From Monocercomonoides exilis PA203 (Eukaryota; Protista; Preaxostyla): 64,000 bases of DNA. Below the pieces are notes generated by a model. It was not told the origin of the DNA, did no database searches, and saw only the letters and a program-made list of their open reading frames with translations. This document shows positions 14,139 to 25,267 of the stretch, in pieces. Within the stretch, counting starts at the first letter, position 1. Every line of letters begins with the position of its first letter. Made by a program: the position numbers and the translations under genes. Location of the stretch: assembly GCA_001643675.2 (NCBI GenBank), contig LSRY02000045.1, forward strand, positions 124,001-188,000, in the 5' to 3' direction.

Positions 14139-16145
14139 TCAATGTTTTTCTTCATCTTCTTCACTTTCTTTATCTGCTTTTCTCTCTTCGACTTTTTCGT
14201 CACGTTTTTCTTTCCACGACCTAAGCATATGAAATAATTTTATTTCCTTCTTTATCATTATCTTCATCACCTTCTTCTTCTTCTCTTTCCTTTTCTTCTT
14301 TTCTTCTCCGCCTTCATCACCTTCATCACCTTCTGCAAGTGTTTCTTCTTCATCGAATTCGACTAATTTTTGTTTTTCTTCATCTTCTTCTTTGTCTTCA
14401 CCTTCTTTTCCCCGCGCCATGAATTCATCCTCCTCCATTTCCTGCTTCCTCTTCAGTCGAAACGCCAAATGCATTTGATCCGCATTGTCCTGCTGTTGAG
14501 TCTTCTCCTTCTCGAAACAATTGCCAAACGAAGAATATTTCTGGCTGGCTGTCATCTGTGTGAAACAGCCTGTTTGCCATTTTTGGCTTTGTGTCAGAGC
14601 ATGTCAGGAGAGAAACGACGAATTTCGTTTTGAAATGATTCTCTGAAGATTATAATTCTGTTGATGCTGCAATTCCTTCTTCTTCTTCTTCTTCCCCCTC
14701 ATCGCTTTCTTCCCCCTCTTTGCATTCTTCATTATGTTTGCTGTAATTGTTGTCATTTGCGCTGCTCTGACAAATGAAGTTATCTGCACATATTTTCTTC
14801 TTGGCTGATATAATATTCTCCTTCTTTGTCTTCTTCACGCTCTTCCTCCTCCTCCATTTCTTCTTCCAACAACATCACTTCTTCACCGTCTTTTTCTTCT
14901 TCTCAAGCAGACTTCCCTTTTTTCAATGTGAAGCACACCATATCACCCTGCTGTGCCATCACTGCCTCAACTGACTTTGGATCAGTTCTCTCATGTTGTG
15001 TGCAACCTGCCACCAGCAAATGAATCACAGTCATGGACGAAGGATGATCCTGCCTCCCTGTCCAACATTCACTCCAGCCAAATAGTGTTACGCACTGAGG
15101 ATGTGCAAGAGCAATATGCAGCGATTCCGCCTCCAGAACACTCACTTCCTCTTCCTCTTCCTCTTCCTCTTCTCTTCTTTCTTTCACTTTAGCATTAGCA
15201 ACTCCTTTTTTTCTTTTTCTTTTTCTTTTATCTGGGACATTTCCAATCCCAAACTGCGGCTCTAACTTTTCCTTCATTACAGTCCCCAAGCTGAACGTGT
15301 TTCGACCATCGAGCTCGGCTTTGAACCTTATCAAAGAAAGAGAGTTGCAACAAAGAATCTTTGCTGCTCTTTGGAAACAACATCTTCTTGCTCCGCCTGT
15401 CCAGCCACCTGTTCCACTCCCTTGTCCATTTCGAATGTTTCATCTGTGTCGAGCGATGGACGAAGTACTCTGTCAAAGCCAGAAAGGTTTTGAAACAGCA
15501 TCAACTGCACAACCTTTCTGTTCCACTGTGGTTTGTGCTATTTTGAAAGGGAAAGAGGAGGGAAAGAAGCATCAGGTCGAGCGAGAGGTGGGAAGCTGGA
15601 GGAGGAAGCGAGCAGATTTAACAGGCATTCCAGAAGATTTTGCGCATTGCAGAGAACAATCACAACAGAGCAAGAAGGAAATTGAAGGGAAGAGAGAGAG
15701 AGAGAGAAAGAGAGATAAAGAAGCAGATGAAGCATACGCTGATGTTCAAGCAGGTGGCAAAGCAGCTGCAAGGTTTGGTGAACAGCAGGATGAATGCGCA
15801 GGCACATTGCGAGAAGCTGCTGATGATTCACACATGCAAAACAATGCCATTGCAGTTGTGTGGCCAGCTGTTTCCGGAAATACACAGAAGCGAAAAGAGG
15901 GATGAGATGCTGTTTATGAGAACGTATGAGATCGAAGAGGAGGATTCGCCTATGGGTCCGTTTGACTCGACTCGATTGCAGACAGCAGAAAGAGAGACAA
16001 GAATGGGAGTGATTTGAGAGAGGGAAATGGGGCTGATAAAGCGATTGCTGCAATTTCTTCTTCTTCATCATCATCATCTTCTTCTTCTTCATCTTCTTCT
16101 TCGTTTTCTGCATTAATGTTTGTTTCATCCTCTTTCAACTTCATA
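14139..16145 (-). pseudogene. Fragmented E/K-rich gene remnants (mirror copy at about 27318-29313, + strand)
   Basis: Series of short acidic or basic low-complexity ORFs broken by stops and frameshifts; no family recognised. Confidence 0.35.
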
Positions 16146-18192
16146 TAAACTCCTTTTTGTTCAGTCTATTTTCACAAACAGGCGATTGTCCTGCCCTTCT
16201 CCTGTGCCATTGCCCTCGAAACTCTGATTCATTGAGCTCTCTCCTCTCTTTCATTCTTCCTCCTCTCAGCAAACAGACACCTCTTTTGTCCATTTCAGAC
16301 AACATCATCACACCCAGACAGGCAGCAAAAGAGAAGAATAACATTAATAATGAAATTCTTCAACGAACACAAACAAACAATAAAGTTCATTTCATTCACC
16401 CCATTTCCTGTTATTTTGACAAAACCATTCATCATCATCATCATCATTTCCAACAATCAAAAATGAATGACTCTTTCTTCTTTCAAAAATGATATTGCTT
16501 TTGTCTTCATTCTGCTTCAGGGCTGTATTCAACTCATCTGCTCCATCTGCCACCTTTTTTGAATGCAAGCCTTTCATTCTTCGTGTGGCCAAGTCAAATC
16601 TTCTGTCATAAGATTCTATTTGATCGTGCTCACGACAGATTTGGGATGATAAAAGAAAAGAAAGCCCAACTGGATTTATTGTGGCTGAATGGGCATATGG
16701 ACAAGTCAGAAAAGAGGGAGGATGGATATATGGAGTTTGGAGAGAAGATATGCTTTTGAGGAGAAAGCAGGATGTCTTGAAGGGGAAAGGAACGACAAAA
16801 GGATGTTTTTTGGGGGGAGAAAGAGGTGTTTTTGTGAGGTTTAAGAGGCAAAATGGATGCACAGGAGATGGATTTGGATGAAGCGCTGAGAGATTGTTTT
16901 TTCGATTTTTGTCATTGGGAAGGCGTAGATGTCGTATTTATTGTTGGAGAAATGGAATTTGTTGTGGAGGAGGTGTGGTGAAGCGGAGGAATAGAGGGAA
17001 GAAGATGGATGGAGTGAATAGAATATATTATCTTTGGAGGGGAGGATGAGAGTTGGAAAGGAAATGGAGAGATATGAAAAAGGGATATTATATTTTTATG
17101 TATCGAAAGAAGGTGGAGGCACACGAGGTGGAGCAAGGGGAAAAAGTTTTTGCTGATGTATGTTTGATAAGAGAGAAAAGTGGGGTTGAAGAAGAAAAAA
17201 ATGAGAGAGATTTTTTTTTAATATTTAAAATTTTTTATTGAATGGACAGTTTGGTCGCGCCTCTCATTTGCAGGGCAAGGATCGGGGGTGGAGGCGGAGG
17301 AAGACGGGAAGAAGGAACATCAGCGCTGGCACTTTGTGTTGAGGATGATGAGATGGAGGGAGGTGAGGAGTTGACCATGGGAAGGTGCCTTCCAAAGAAG
17401 ACAGAAAAAGAATGGAGATGCAAATTTTTTGGTTGGGAAAATGGATGGACTGGGATATGGGTGTGGTGATGTAATGTTGTTGCTTTGGGGGAAATGTGGA
17501 GAAGAAGAAGGCAATGCAGAGAAAAGGGGTGAGACGTGTTTATCAGATGGAATATTTTTCATTGCTGGTTTTTTTTTATAGAATGGAATTGGTGAAGTTA
17601 TTTGAGAAGAAGCAACAAGAAGTTGGACTTTGGCTATTTATTTTTTTGGGGGGAAGCAGAAGGGAAGCGAAGATGAGGCAGATGGAATTTATAGGGAGAA
17701 AGGAACAATATTATAAAAAGAAGAAGAAAGAAAAAGTCAGCGAAAGGCGGTCATTGTGAAAGATATAGGTTTGCATTTTTTTATTACTATTTTTTATTAT
17801 ATGTTATTTTTTATTTATAAAATAAGGATTTTTACAAGAATGTTCAACGACAAGGAATGAACATGGATTATGGAAAGAGGGGATATTGGATGCATTAAAG
17901 AAGTCAGAAAATAATAATTGAATTGGCGCGTAGAGGAGTGAGCCAGATGAAATGTCAAGGAAATGAAAAGATATTTTTCTTTCTTTTTTGAAGGTTTGGG
18001 AAGACATATCGGGAGAATTTTGTTAAAAGCCGAAAATGAGATCAAGGAATTGATGATGCAGCAGAAGAAGAAATTTGGCAAATGTTTGAGAAGAAGAAGA
18101 TATCTTTTTGGAAGTTCGATTGAAAGAGAAAATTTGAATAAGGCGAAGAAAGAATGGAACAGGAAAAGCAAATATATGATTTTTAGAGATAT

Positions 18193-20427
18193 TTGAAGAA
18201 AAGTTGGAAGAAGGGAGAAGATGAGTATTCTTTTGTGAGGGAGTTATTGAACTCGTCTGTTGAAATGAAGGGGATTGAGCTGATTGGAGATGAAATTTGG
18301 AGTATTGTGTGTGGAATGAGGGGGAGTGCGATTGTGGTGAAGGGATGTGGTGTGGAGATGGGGAGAGGCAAGGAGGCGGGGGTGTTTGAGCTGGGTGGGT
18401 GCAGAGGGGTGTTTTGGAACATCACGCTGAGAGGGGTTGGAAGGGGAGGAAATGTGTGTGGGAGACTGTTTGGAGGAGAGGGGAGGATGGGGCAGACGAG
18501 GAGTGAGAGAGAAGGTGGGGGAAGAGGAAGAGCCGGACGGGGAAGAGGAAGTGGAAGAGGTGAAGAAGGAGAGAGGGGAGGACAACGAGGAGGTGGAGGA
18601 AGAAGAGGTGGAGAAGGAAGAGGAAAAGGAAGAGAAGAAGGAAGTGAAGGAGGAGGGAGTGTATTGGTGAGTGAGTCAGATTTCTCATCTTTTTGTGTGT
18701 CTTCAGCCCCGTTTCTGGCGCCACCCTTGACATGCCTTGTATCTCTCACCCAGCTGACCTTCTTCAACATCTCCACAAATCCATCGAAAACAACACATCT
18801 GGCTGAAGGGCTGAGCCAAAGGGTGTTTCTGATGAGTGGATGCTCATTTTCATCAGTGTGGGATGTTTATGATGGGGGCATTGTCCCCTCGCTGAACAGC
18901 CCCTCATCTTCCCTGGATGCCTCGAACACCTCATTTGTCGGATGCCATCGTTCACAGAATGTTGAAGTCAATGGGAGTGAAGGGAATCTGTCGAAGCCAG
19001 CGAGACAGAATCAGACAGACAATGGGGCGAATTCGTTCACCTGGTGTGTGTGGAATGGGTCAAATACAACTGGAAATCAAAATTCTGTCTCAGATGGAGT
19101 TTCGAGTGGAGGGGCGATTAACATGTATAATCTGGGATCGGGAACGCTTTCAGTGAAATTTTGTTCATTCAATGATTGTTATGCGCATTATGGTGGCGGT
19201 GGTATTATGTGCTATAAAATCAGCTCAATCAAGATTGAGAACAACTCGTTCAATGCATGTACCGCAAAAAATAATTATGGAGGAGGGATGTATACTTATT
19301 CGATTTCGTCATGTGTCAGGATCAGTGGGTGCGAATTCCAGAAATGTTCTGCAAAATATGATGGAGGAGGCCTTTATCTCGAAAATTTTAATGTTTCTGG
19401 ATCTTCCTGTATTGGAACAGAAAGTGGGAACGGGGAGAGCGCTTGTGTGTTTGAGTGCTCATTCACTTCGTGCTCGCTTACAAATTCTTATGGCGGAGGG
19501 ATGTATTGCCAAAGTGTTCCATCTGCATTCAAAATGCGGAGCCTCCAGTTTATTTCGTGCTCTGCAGTATCTTGGGGCGGAGGATTGGATTTTTATCCAT
19601 ATCAATCAACACCTCCAAGCAACAACGTTTATTGCTATTTCTTCTTCTTCCACGATTGCAGATGCACAACCACTTCCACTCCATATGGCCACGATGTGCT
19701 TTTTGAAGATGATTACAATCACTTTTCTTCGAACAACCCATTCTATGAATCGTACACAACGAATAGTGATGAGAAGAGAGTGTGCTATGAATATTATTCG
19801 GGCGGTTGGTATTATCAGCACACAGAAAAGAAGGAATGGTTGAAGGAAGGGATGAAGGATCGGTATGTTGGGGTGAGTGGAAATGACGCAAATAATCTGT
19901 GTGGGATGAGTGAGTCTGCACCGTGCAAGACAGTGGGGCATGCAGTGGGGTCGAGCATGGCGCAGTTGAGCTCGACAATCACGTTGCTGGGTGGGAGGCA
20001 TGTGAGTGAAGAGAAGACGATCAGTATTAGGGAAAAGAAGATTTCTGTTGTTGGGAAAGGGAAGACAGTGAGTGTGATTGGAACATGTGAGCTTTCTACC
20101 TTTTCAACAACGCTGTTCAGCATATCTTCTGGTCAACTGGAGGTGGGGCATGTGGGAATCGACCACAACTCGATGAGAAGTCCATCGCCGAGTGTGTTTG
20201 TGGCGTCTGTGGGAAGCGGGACACTTTCGCTGGAGGATGTGGTGATTAATTCTTCGACATCAGGTGGGAGTGGAATGACGAAGTGTGTGTTTGAAGTGGC
20301 TCTGAAGCAATTGAAGACAATTGATGTGGAGATAGAAAACATGAAAATATCACAGCCTATTTTCGCTGAACCATCATCAGTAGGATTGGCATTGGGAGAA
20401 AATTGGTTGTTGTTTATTTTGTTCTGA
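18193..20427 (+). CDS. Cassette C1: 744-codon beta-helix surface-protein ORF, apparently 5'- and 3'-truncated
   Basis: GGAINMY, GGGGIMC, GGGMY, GGGLY repeats with FxxC and the CG..APCKTV cap. No signal peptide at the start of the ORF. Confidence 0.75.
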   Translation: MKKSWKKGEDEYSFVRELLNSSVEMKGIELIGDEIWSIVCGMRGSAIVVKGCGVEMGRGKEAGVFELGGCRGVFWNITLRGVGRGGNVCGRLFGGEGRMGQTRSEREGGGRGRAGRGRGSGRGEEGERGGQRGGGGRRGGEGRGKGREEGSEGGGSVLVSESDFSSFCVSSAPFLAPPLTCLVSLTQLTFFNISTNPSKTTHLAEGLSQRVFLMSGCSFSSVWDVYDGGIVPSLNSPSSSLDASNTSFVGCHRSQNVEVNGSEGNLSKPARQNQTDNGANSFTWCVWNGSNTTGNQNSVSDGVSSGGAINMYNLGSGTLSVKFCSFNDCYAHYGGGGIMCYKISSIKIENNSFNACTAKNNYGGGMYTYSISSCVRISGCEFQKCSAKYDGGGLYLENFNVSGSSCIGTESGNGESACVFECSFTSCSLTNSYGGGMYCQSVPSAFKMRSLQFISCSAVSWGGGLDFYPYQSTPPSNNVYCYFFFFHDCRCTTTSTPYGHDVLFEDDYNHFSSNNPFYESYTTNSDEKRVCYEYYSGGWYYQHTEKKEWLKEGMKDRYVGVSGNDANNLCGMSESAPCKTVGHAVGSSMAQLSSTITLLGGRHVSEEKTISIREKKISVVGKGKTVSVIGTCELSTFSTTLFSISSGQLEVGHVGIDHNSMRSPSPSVFVASVGSGTLSLEDVVINSSTSGGSGMTKCVFEVALKQLKTIDVEIENMKISQPIFAEPSSVGLALGENWLLFILF

Positions 20428-23035
20428 CTGCACAACACGCAAACTGAAGAGAGAAAAAAAAATAGAAATTCTGAGATTAACTTTTTGTTATCTTATTTTT
20501 GTTGAAATGGAATATGATGAAGTGTTATTTTGCATTGAGGGTGCATTCTCTTTACGAAAAAGAATTTTTTTTATGAAAATGATATTTTGATAAATATTTT
20601 GTGGATGCTTGAAAAGATGAAATAACATAAAAAGAAAATCAAAAACAATGATGAAACGATAAATTATTAATGAATTCAAATATCTGTTTTTTTAACAAAA
20701 TGCTCCGAAAACTATTCTCATAGGAACATTTTGCTCAAAAAATAACTTGACTAAAAAATAATAATAATAAAAATCGAAAAAGTATATATTTTTTTTATTA
20801 AGAAAATCGAATTTATCAATAATCATGATTTATCAATCACTTTAGATTGCGATGATAATAAAATTATCATAGATTTATAAACGAGCTGCTTTTGTTTTCT
20901 GATGATTGTGAATCATGAACACCACAGATAATCTTGTTTCAATGAGTGTATTATTGTGAATTAATAATAAATTATAAATACAAAAACAAAGAATTTTCAT
21001 TTTTTTTTTAATAAAAAAAAAAAAATAAATAAATTTAAAGATAAAAGAAGGATTGGTATCAAATTATTTATTGGGATTTGTATTTTTTTTCAAAAATTGG
21101 TTCATATGTAAACTTTCTCACAAATGGGTGATTGTTTTTGAAATCATAGAAAAGATCTGGAGTGAAATTTTCCATTATTCACTCACCCGCTTTTCAGTGA
21201 AGTTAGTTGTATTGAATTGAAATTGACACAAAGAATTGTCAAAGAACAACAAATGTGATGTTATCTCATTTCAGACAGTTTATTGATGTTGTTTTCCACA
21301 AATTATTAAAAATCTGAATTGATTGACAGAACGTGTCTGATCTCAAAAAAAATAGAATAGCCTTGAATAGCATAATCCTCAAAACAATGAATCATTGTTG
21401 GGATAGTATCAACAATTTATCTTTTTTAAAAGACATTAAATCTTGAAACACTCTTCTTTTGCTCATTTCTCAATGATCGTTTGTTGTTGGGTCTTTTCAT
21501 CTCGATCAAATATTTTGAAATATTTTTCTTCTTGATTCTTATTTCTTATTTTCAGATATCTCAATTTTTGTTCACAAAGTGGGAAATTGGGTAAGAATTG
21601 GAATAACAAACTGAAGAAGAAAGAGGGATGAGCATTCAATTTGATGAAAAGAAACAAATATTAATTTCAGTTGAAAAGAATATGAAATGAAATTATTTTC
21701 ATTTATTGAATAATAGAATGATTTTGCTGATTAATTGTGATGTTTGAATTTTAAGGAACAAAGAATATTGAATATATTCATTTCATATTCTTTTCAACTG
21801 AAATTAATATTTGTTTCTTTTCATCAAATTGAATGCTCATCCCTCTTTCTTCTTCAGTTTGTTATTCCTATTCTTTCCCAATTAACCACTTTGTGAACAA
21901 AAGTTGAGATATCTGAAAATATGGAATAAGAATCAAGAAGAAAAATATTTCAAAATATTTGATCGAGATGAAAAGACCCAACAACAAACGATCATTGAGA
22001 AATGAGCAAAAGAAGAGTGTTTCAAGATTTAATGTCTTTTAAAAAAGATAAATTGTTGATACTATCCCAACAATGATTCATTGTTTTGAGGATTATGCTA
22101 TTCAAGGCTATTCTATTTTTTTTGAGATCAGACACGTTCTGTCAATCAATTCAGATTTTTAATAATTTGTGGAAAACAACATCAATAAACTGTCTGAAAT
22201 GAGATAACATCACATTTGTTGTTCTTTGACAATTCTTTGTGTCAATTTCAATTCAATACAACTAACTTCACTGAAAAGCGGGTGAGTGAATAATGGAAAA
22301 TTTCACTCCAGATCTTTTCTATGATTTCAAAAACAATCACCCATTTGTGAGAAAGTTTACATATGAACCAATTTTTGAAAAAAAATACAAATCCCAATAA
22401 ATAATTTGATACCAATCCTTCTTTTATCTTTAAATTTATTTATTTTTTTTTTTTTATTAAAAAAAAAATGAAAATTCTTTGTTTTTGTATTTATAATTTA
22501 TTATTAATTCACAATAATACACTCATTGAAACAAGATTATCTGTGGTGTTCATGATTCACAATCATCAGAAAACAAAAGCAGCTCGTTTATAAATCTATG
22601 ATAATTTTATTATCATCGCAATCTAAAGTGATTGATAAATCATGATTATTGATAAATTCGATTTTCTTAATAAAAAAAATATATACTTTTTCGATTTTTA
22701 TTATTATTATTTTTTAGTCAAGTTATTTTTTGAGCAAAATGTTCCTATGAGAATAGTTTTCGGAGCATTTTGTTAAAAAACAGATATTTGAATTCATTAA
22801 TAATTTATCGTTTCATCATTGTTTTTGATTTTCTTTTATGTTATTTCATCTTTTCAAGCATCCACAAAATATTTATCAAAATATCATTTTCATAAAAAAA
22901 TTCTTTTTCGTAAAGAGAATGCACCCTCAATGCAAAATAACACTTCATCATATTCCATTTCAACAAAAATAAGATAACAAAAAGTTAATCTCAGAATTTC
23001 TATTTTTTTCTCTCTTCAGTTTGCGTGTTGTGCAG

Positions 23036-25267
23036 TCAGAACAAAATAAACAACAACCAATTTTCTCCCAATGCCAATCCTACTGATGATGGTTCAGCGA
23101 AAATAGGCTGTGATATTTTCATGTTTTCTATCTCCACATCAATTGTCTTCAATTGCTTCAGAGCCACTTCAAACACACACTTCGTCATTCCACTCCCACC
23201 TGATGTCGAAGAATTAATCACCACATCCTCCAGCGAAAGTGTCCCGCTTCCCACAGACGCCACAAACACACTCGGCGATGGACTTCTCATCGAGTTGTGG
23301 TCGATTCCCACATGCCCCACCTCCAGTTGACCAGAAGATATGCTGAACAGCGTTGTTGAAAAGGTAGAAAGCTCACATGTTCCAATCACACTCACTGTCT
23401 TCCCTTTCCCAACAACAGAAATCTTCTTTTCCCTAATACTGATCGTCTTCTCTTCACTCACATGCCTCCCACCCAGCAACGTGATTGTCGAGCTCAACTG
23501 CGCCATGCTCGACCCCACTGCATGCCCCACTGTCTTGCACGGTGCAGACTCACTCATCCCACACAGATTATTTGCGTCATTTCCACTCACCCCAACATAC
23601 CGATCCTTCATCCCTTCCTTCAACCATTCCTTCTTTTCTGTGTGCTGATAATACCAACCGCCCGAATAATATTCATAGCACACTCTCTTCTCATCACTAT
23701 TCGTTGTGTACGATTCATAGAATGGGTTAGCCGATGAAAAGAGATTGTAATAATCTTGGAAAAACACATCATGGCCATATGGAGTGGAAGCGTTGCAACT
23801 ACAATCGTGGAAGAAGAAGAAATAGCAATATTGATTGTTGCTTGGAGCTATTTGTTGGTTTGGATTGAAACACAATCCTCCGCCATATGACACTGCTGAG
23901 CACGAAATAAACTGGAGGCTCCTCATCTTGAATGCAGCCGGAACAGTAACACAACACAACCCTCCACCATGTGAACCTGTAAGAGAGCACGAAGTGAATG
24001 AGCACTCAAACACACAAGCGCTCTCTCCTTTGCCGTTTTCTGTTCCAATACAGGAAGATCCAGAAACATTAAAATTTTCGAGATAAAGGCCTCCTCCATC
24101 ATATTTTGCAGAACATTTCTGGAATTCGCACCCACTGATCCTGACACATGACGAAATCGAATAAGTATACATCCCTCCTCCATAATTATTTTTTGCGGTA
24201 CATGCATTGAACGAGTTGTTCTCAATCTTGATTGAGCTGATTTTATAGCACATAATACCACCGCCACCATAATGCGCATAACAATCATTGAATGAACAAA
24301 ATTTCACTGAAAGCGTTCCCGATCCCAGATTATACATGTTAATCGCCCCTCCACTCGATATTCCATCTGAATAAGAACTACTTGTTCCAGTGGTTTTTGA
24401 CCCATTCCACACACACCAAGTGAATGAATTTGCCCCATTGTCTGTCTGATTCTGTCTCGCTGGCTTCGATGGATTTCCTTCGCTCCCATTGACTGCAACA
24501 TTCTGTGAACGATGGCATCCGACAAATGAGGTGTTCGAGGCAGACAAGGATGATGAAGGGCTGTTGAGCGAGGGGACAATGCCCCCATCATACACATCCC
24601 ACACTGATACAAATTCACACCCACTCATCAGAAACGAGGTTTGGCTCAGCCCTTCATCCAGATGTGTTGTTTTCGATGGATTTGTGGAGATGTTGAAGAA
24701 GGTCAGCTGGGTGAGAGATACAAGGCATGTCAAGGGTGGCGCCAGAAACGGGGCTGAAGACACACAAAAAGATGAGAAATCTGACTCACTCACCAATACA
24801 CTCCCTCCTCCTTCACTTCCTTCTTCTCTTCCTTTTCCTCTTCCTTCTCCACCTCTTCTTCCTCCACCTCCTCGTTGTCCTCCCCTCTCTCCTTCTTCAC
24901 CTCTTCCACTTCCTCTTCCCCGTCCGGCTCTTCCTCTTCCCCCACCTTCTCTCTCACTCCTCGTCTGCCCCATCCTCCCCTCTCCTCCAAACAGTCTCCC
25001 ACACACATTTCCTCCCCTTCCAACCCCTCTCAGCGTGATGTTCCAAAACACCCCTCTGCACCCACCCAGCTCAAACACCCCCGCCTCCTTGCCTCTCCCC
25101 ATCTCCACACCACATCCCTTCACCACAATCGCACTCCCCCTCATTCCACACACAATACTCCAAATTTCATCTCCAATCAGCTCAATCCCCTTCATTTCAA
25201 CAGACGAGTTCAATAACTCCCTCACAAAAGAATACTCATCTTCTCCCTTCTTCCAACTTTTCTTCAA
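23036..25267 (-). CDS. Cassette C2: palindromic partner of C1
   Basis: Identical to C1 outside two variable blocks. Confidence 0.75.
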   Translation of the reverse strand: MKKSWKKGEDEYSFVRELLNSSVEMKGIELIGDEIWSIVCGMRGSAIVVKGCGVEMGRGKEAGVFELGGCRGVFWNITLRGVGRGGNVCGRLFGGEGRMGQTRSEREGGGRGRAGRGRGSGRGEEGERGGQRGGGGRRGGEGRGKGREEGSEGGGSVLVSESDFSSFCVSSAPFLAPPLTCLVSLTQLTFFNISTNPSKTTHLDEGLSQTSFLMSGCEFVSVWDVYDGGIVPSLNSPSSSLSASNTSFVGCHRSQNVAVNGSEGNPSKPARQNQTDNGANSFTWCVWNGSKTTGTSSSYSDGISSGGAINMYNLGSGTLSVKFCSFNDCYAHYGGGGIMCYKISSIKIENNSFNACTAKNNYGGGMYTYSISSCVRISGCEFQKCSAKYDGGGLYLENFNVSGSSCIGTENGKGESACVFECSFTSCSLTGSHGGGLCCVTVPAAFKMRSLQFISCSAVSYGGGLCFNPNQQIAPSNNQYCYFFFFHDCSCNASTPYGHDVFFQDYYNLFSSANPFYESYTTNSDEKRVCYEYYSGGWYYQHTEKKEWLKEGMKDRYVGVSGNDANNLCGMSESAPCKTVGHAVGSSMAQLSSTITLLGGRHVSEEKTISIREKKISVVGKGKTVSVIGTCELSTFSTTLFSISSGQLEVGHVGIDHNSMRSPSPSVFVASVGSGTLSLEDVVINSSTSGGSGMTKCVFEVALKQLKTIDVEIENMKISQPIFAEPSSVGLALGENWLLFILF

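Noticed and set aside
18183-18776. Pro/Ser-rich and other antisense ORFs (also 24489-25277, 38-357, 38266-38745, 39022-39597)
   Set aside because: These are shadows of purine-rich or real coding strands.
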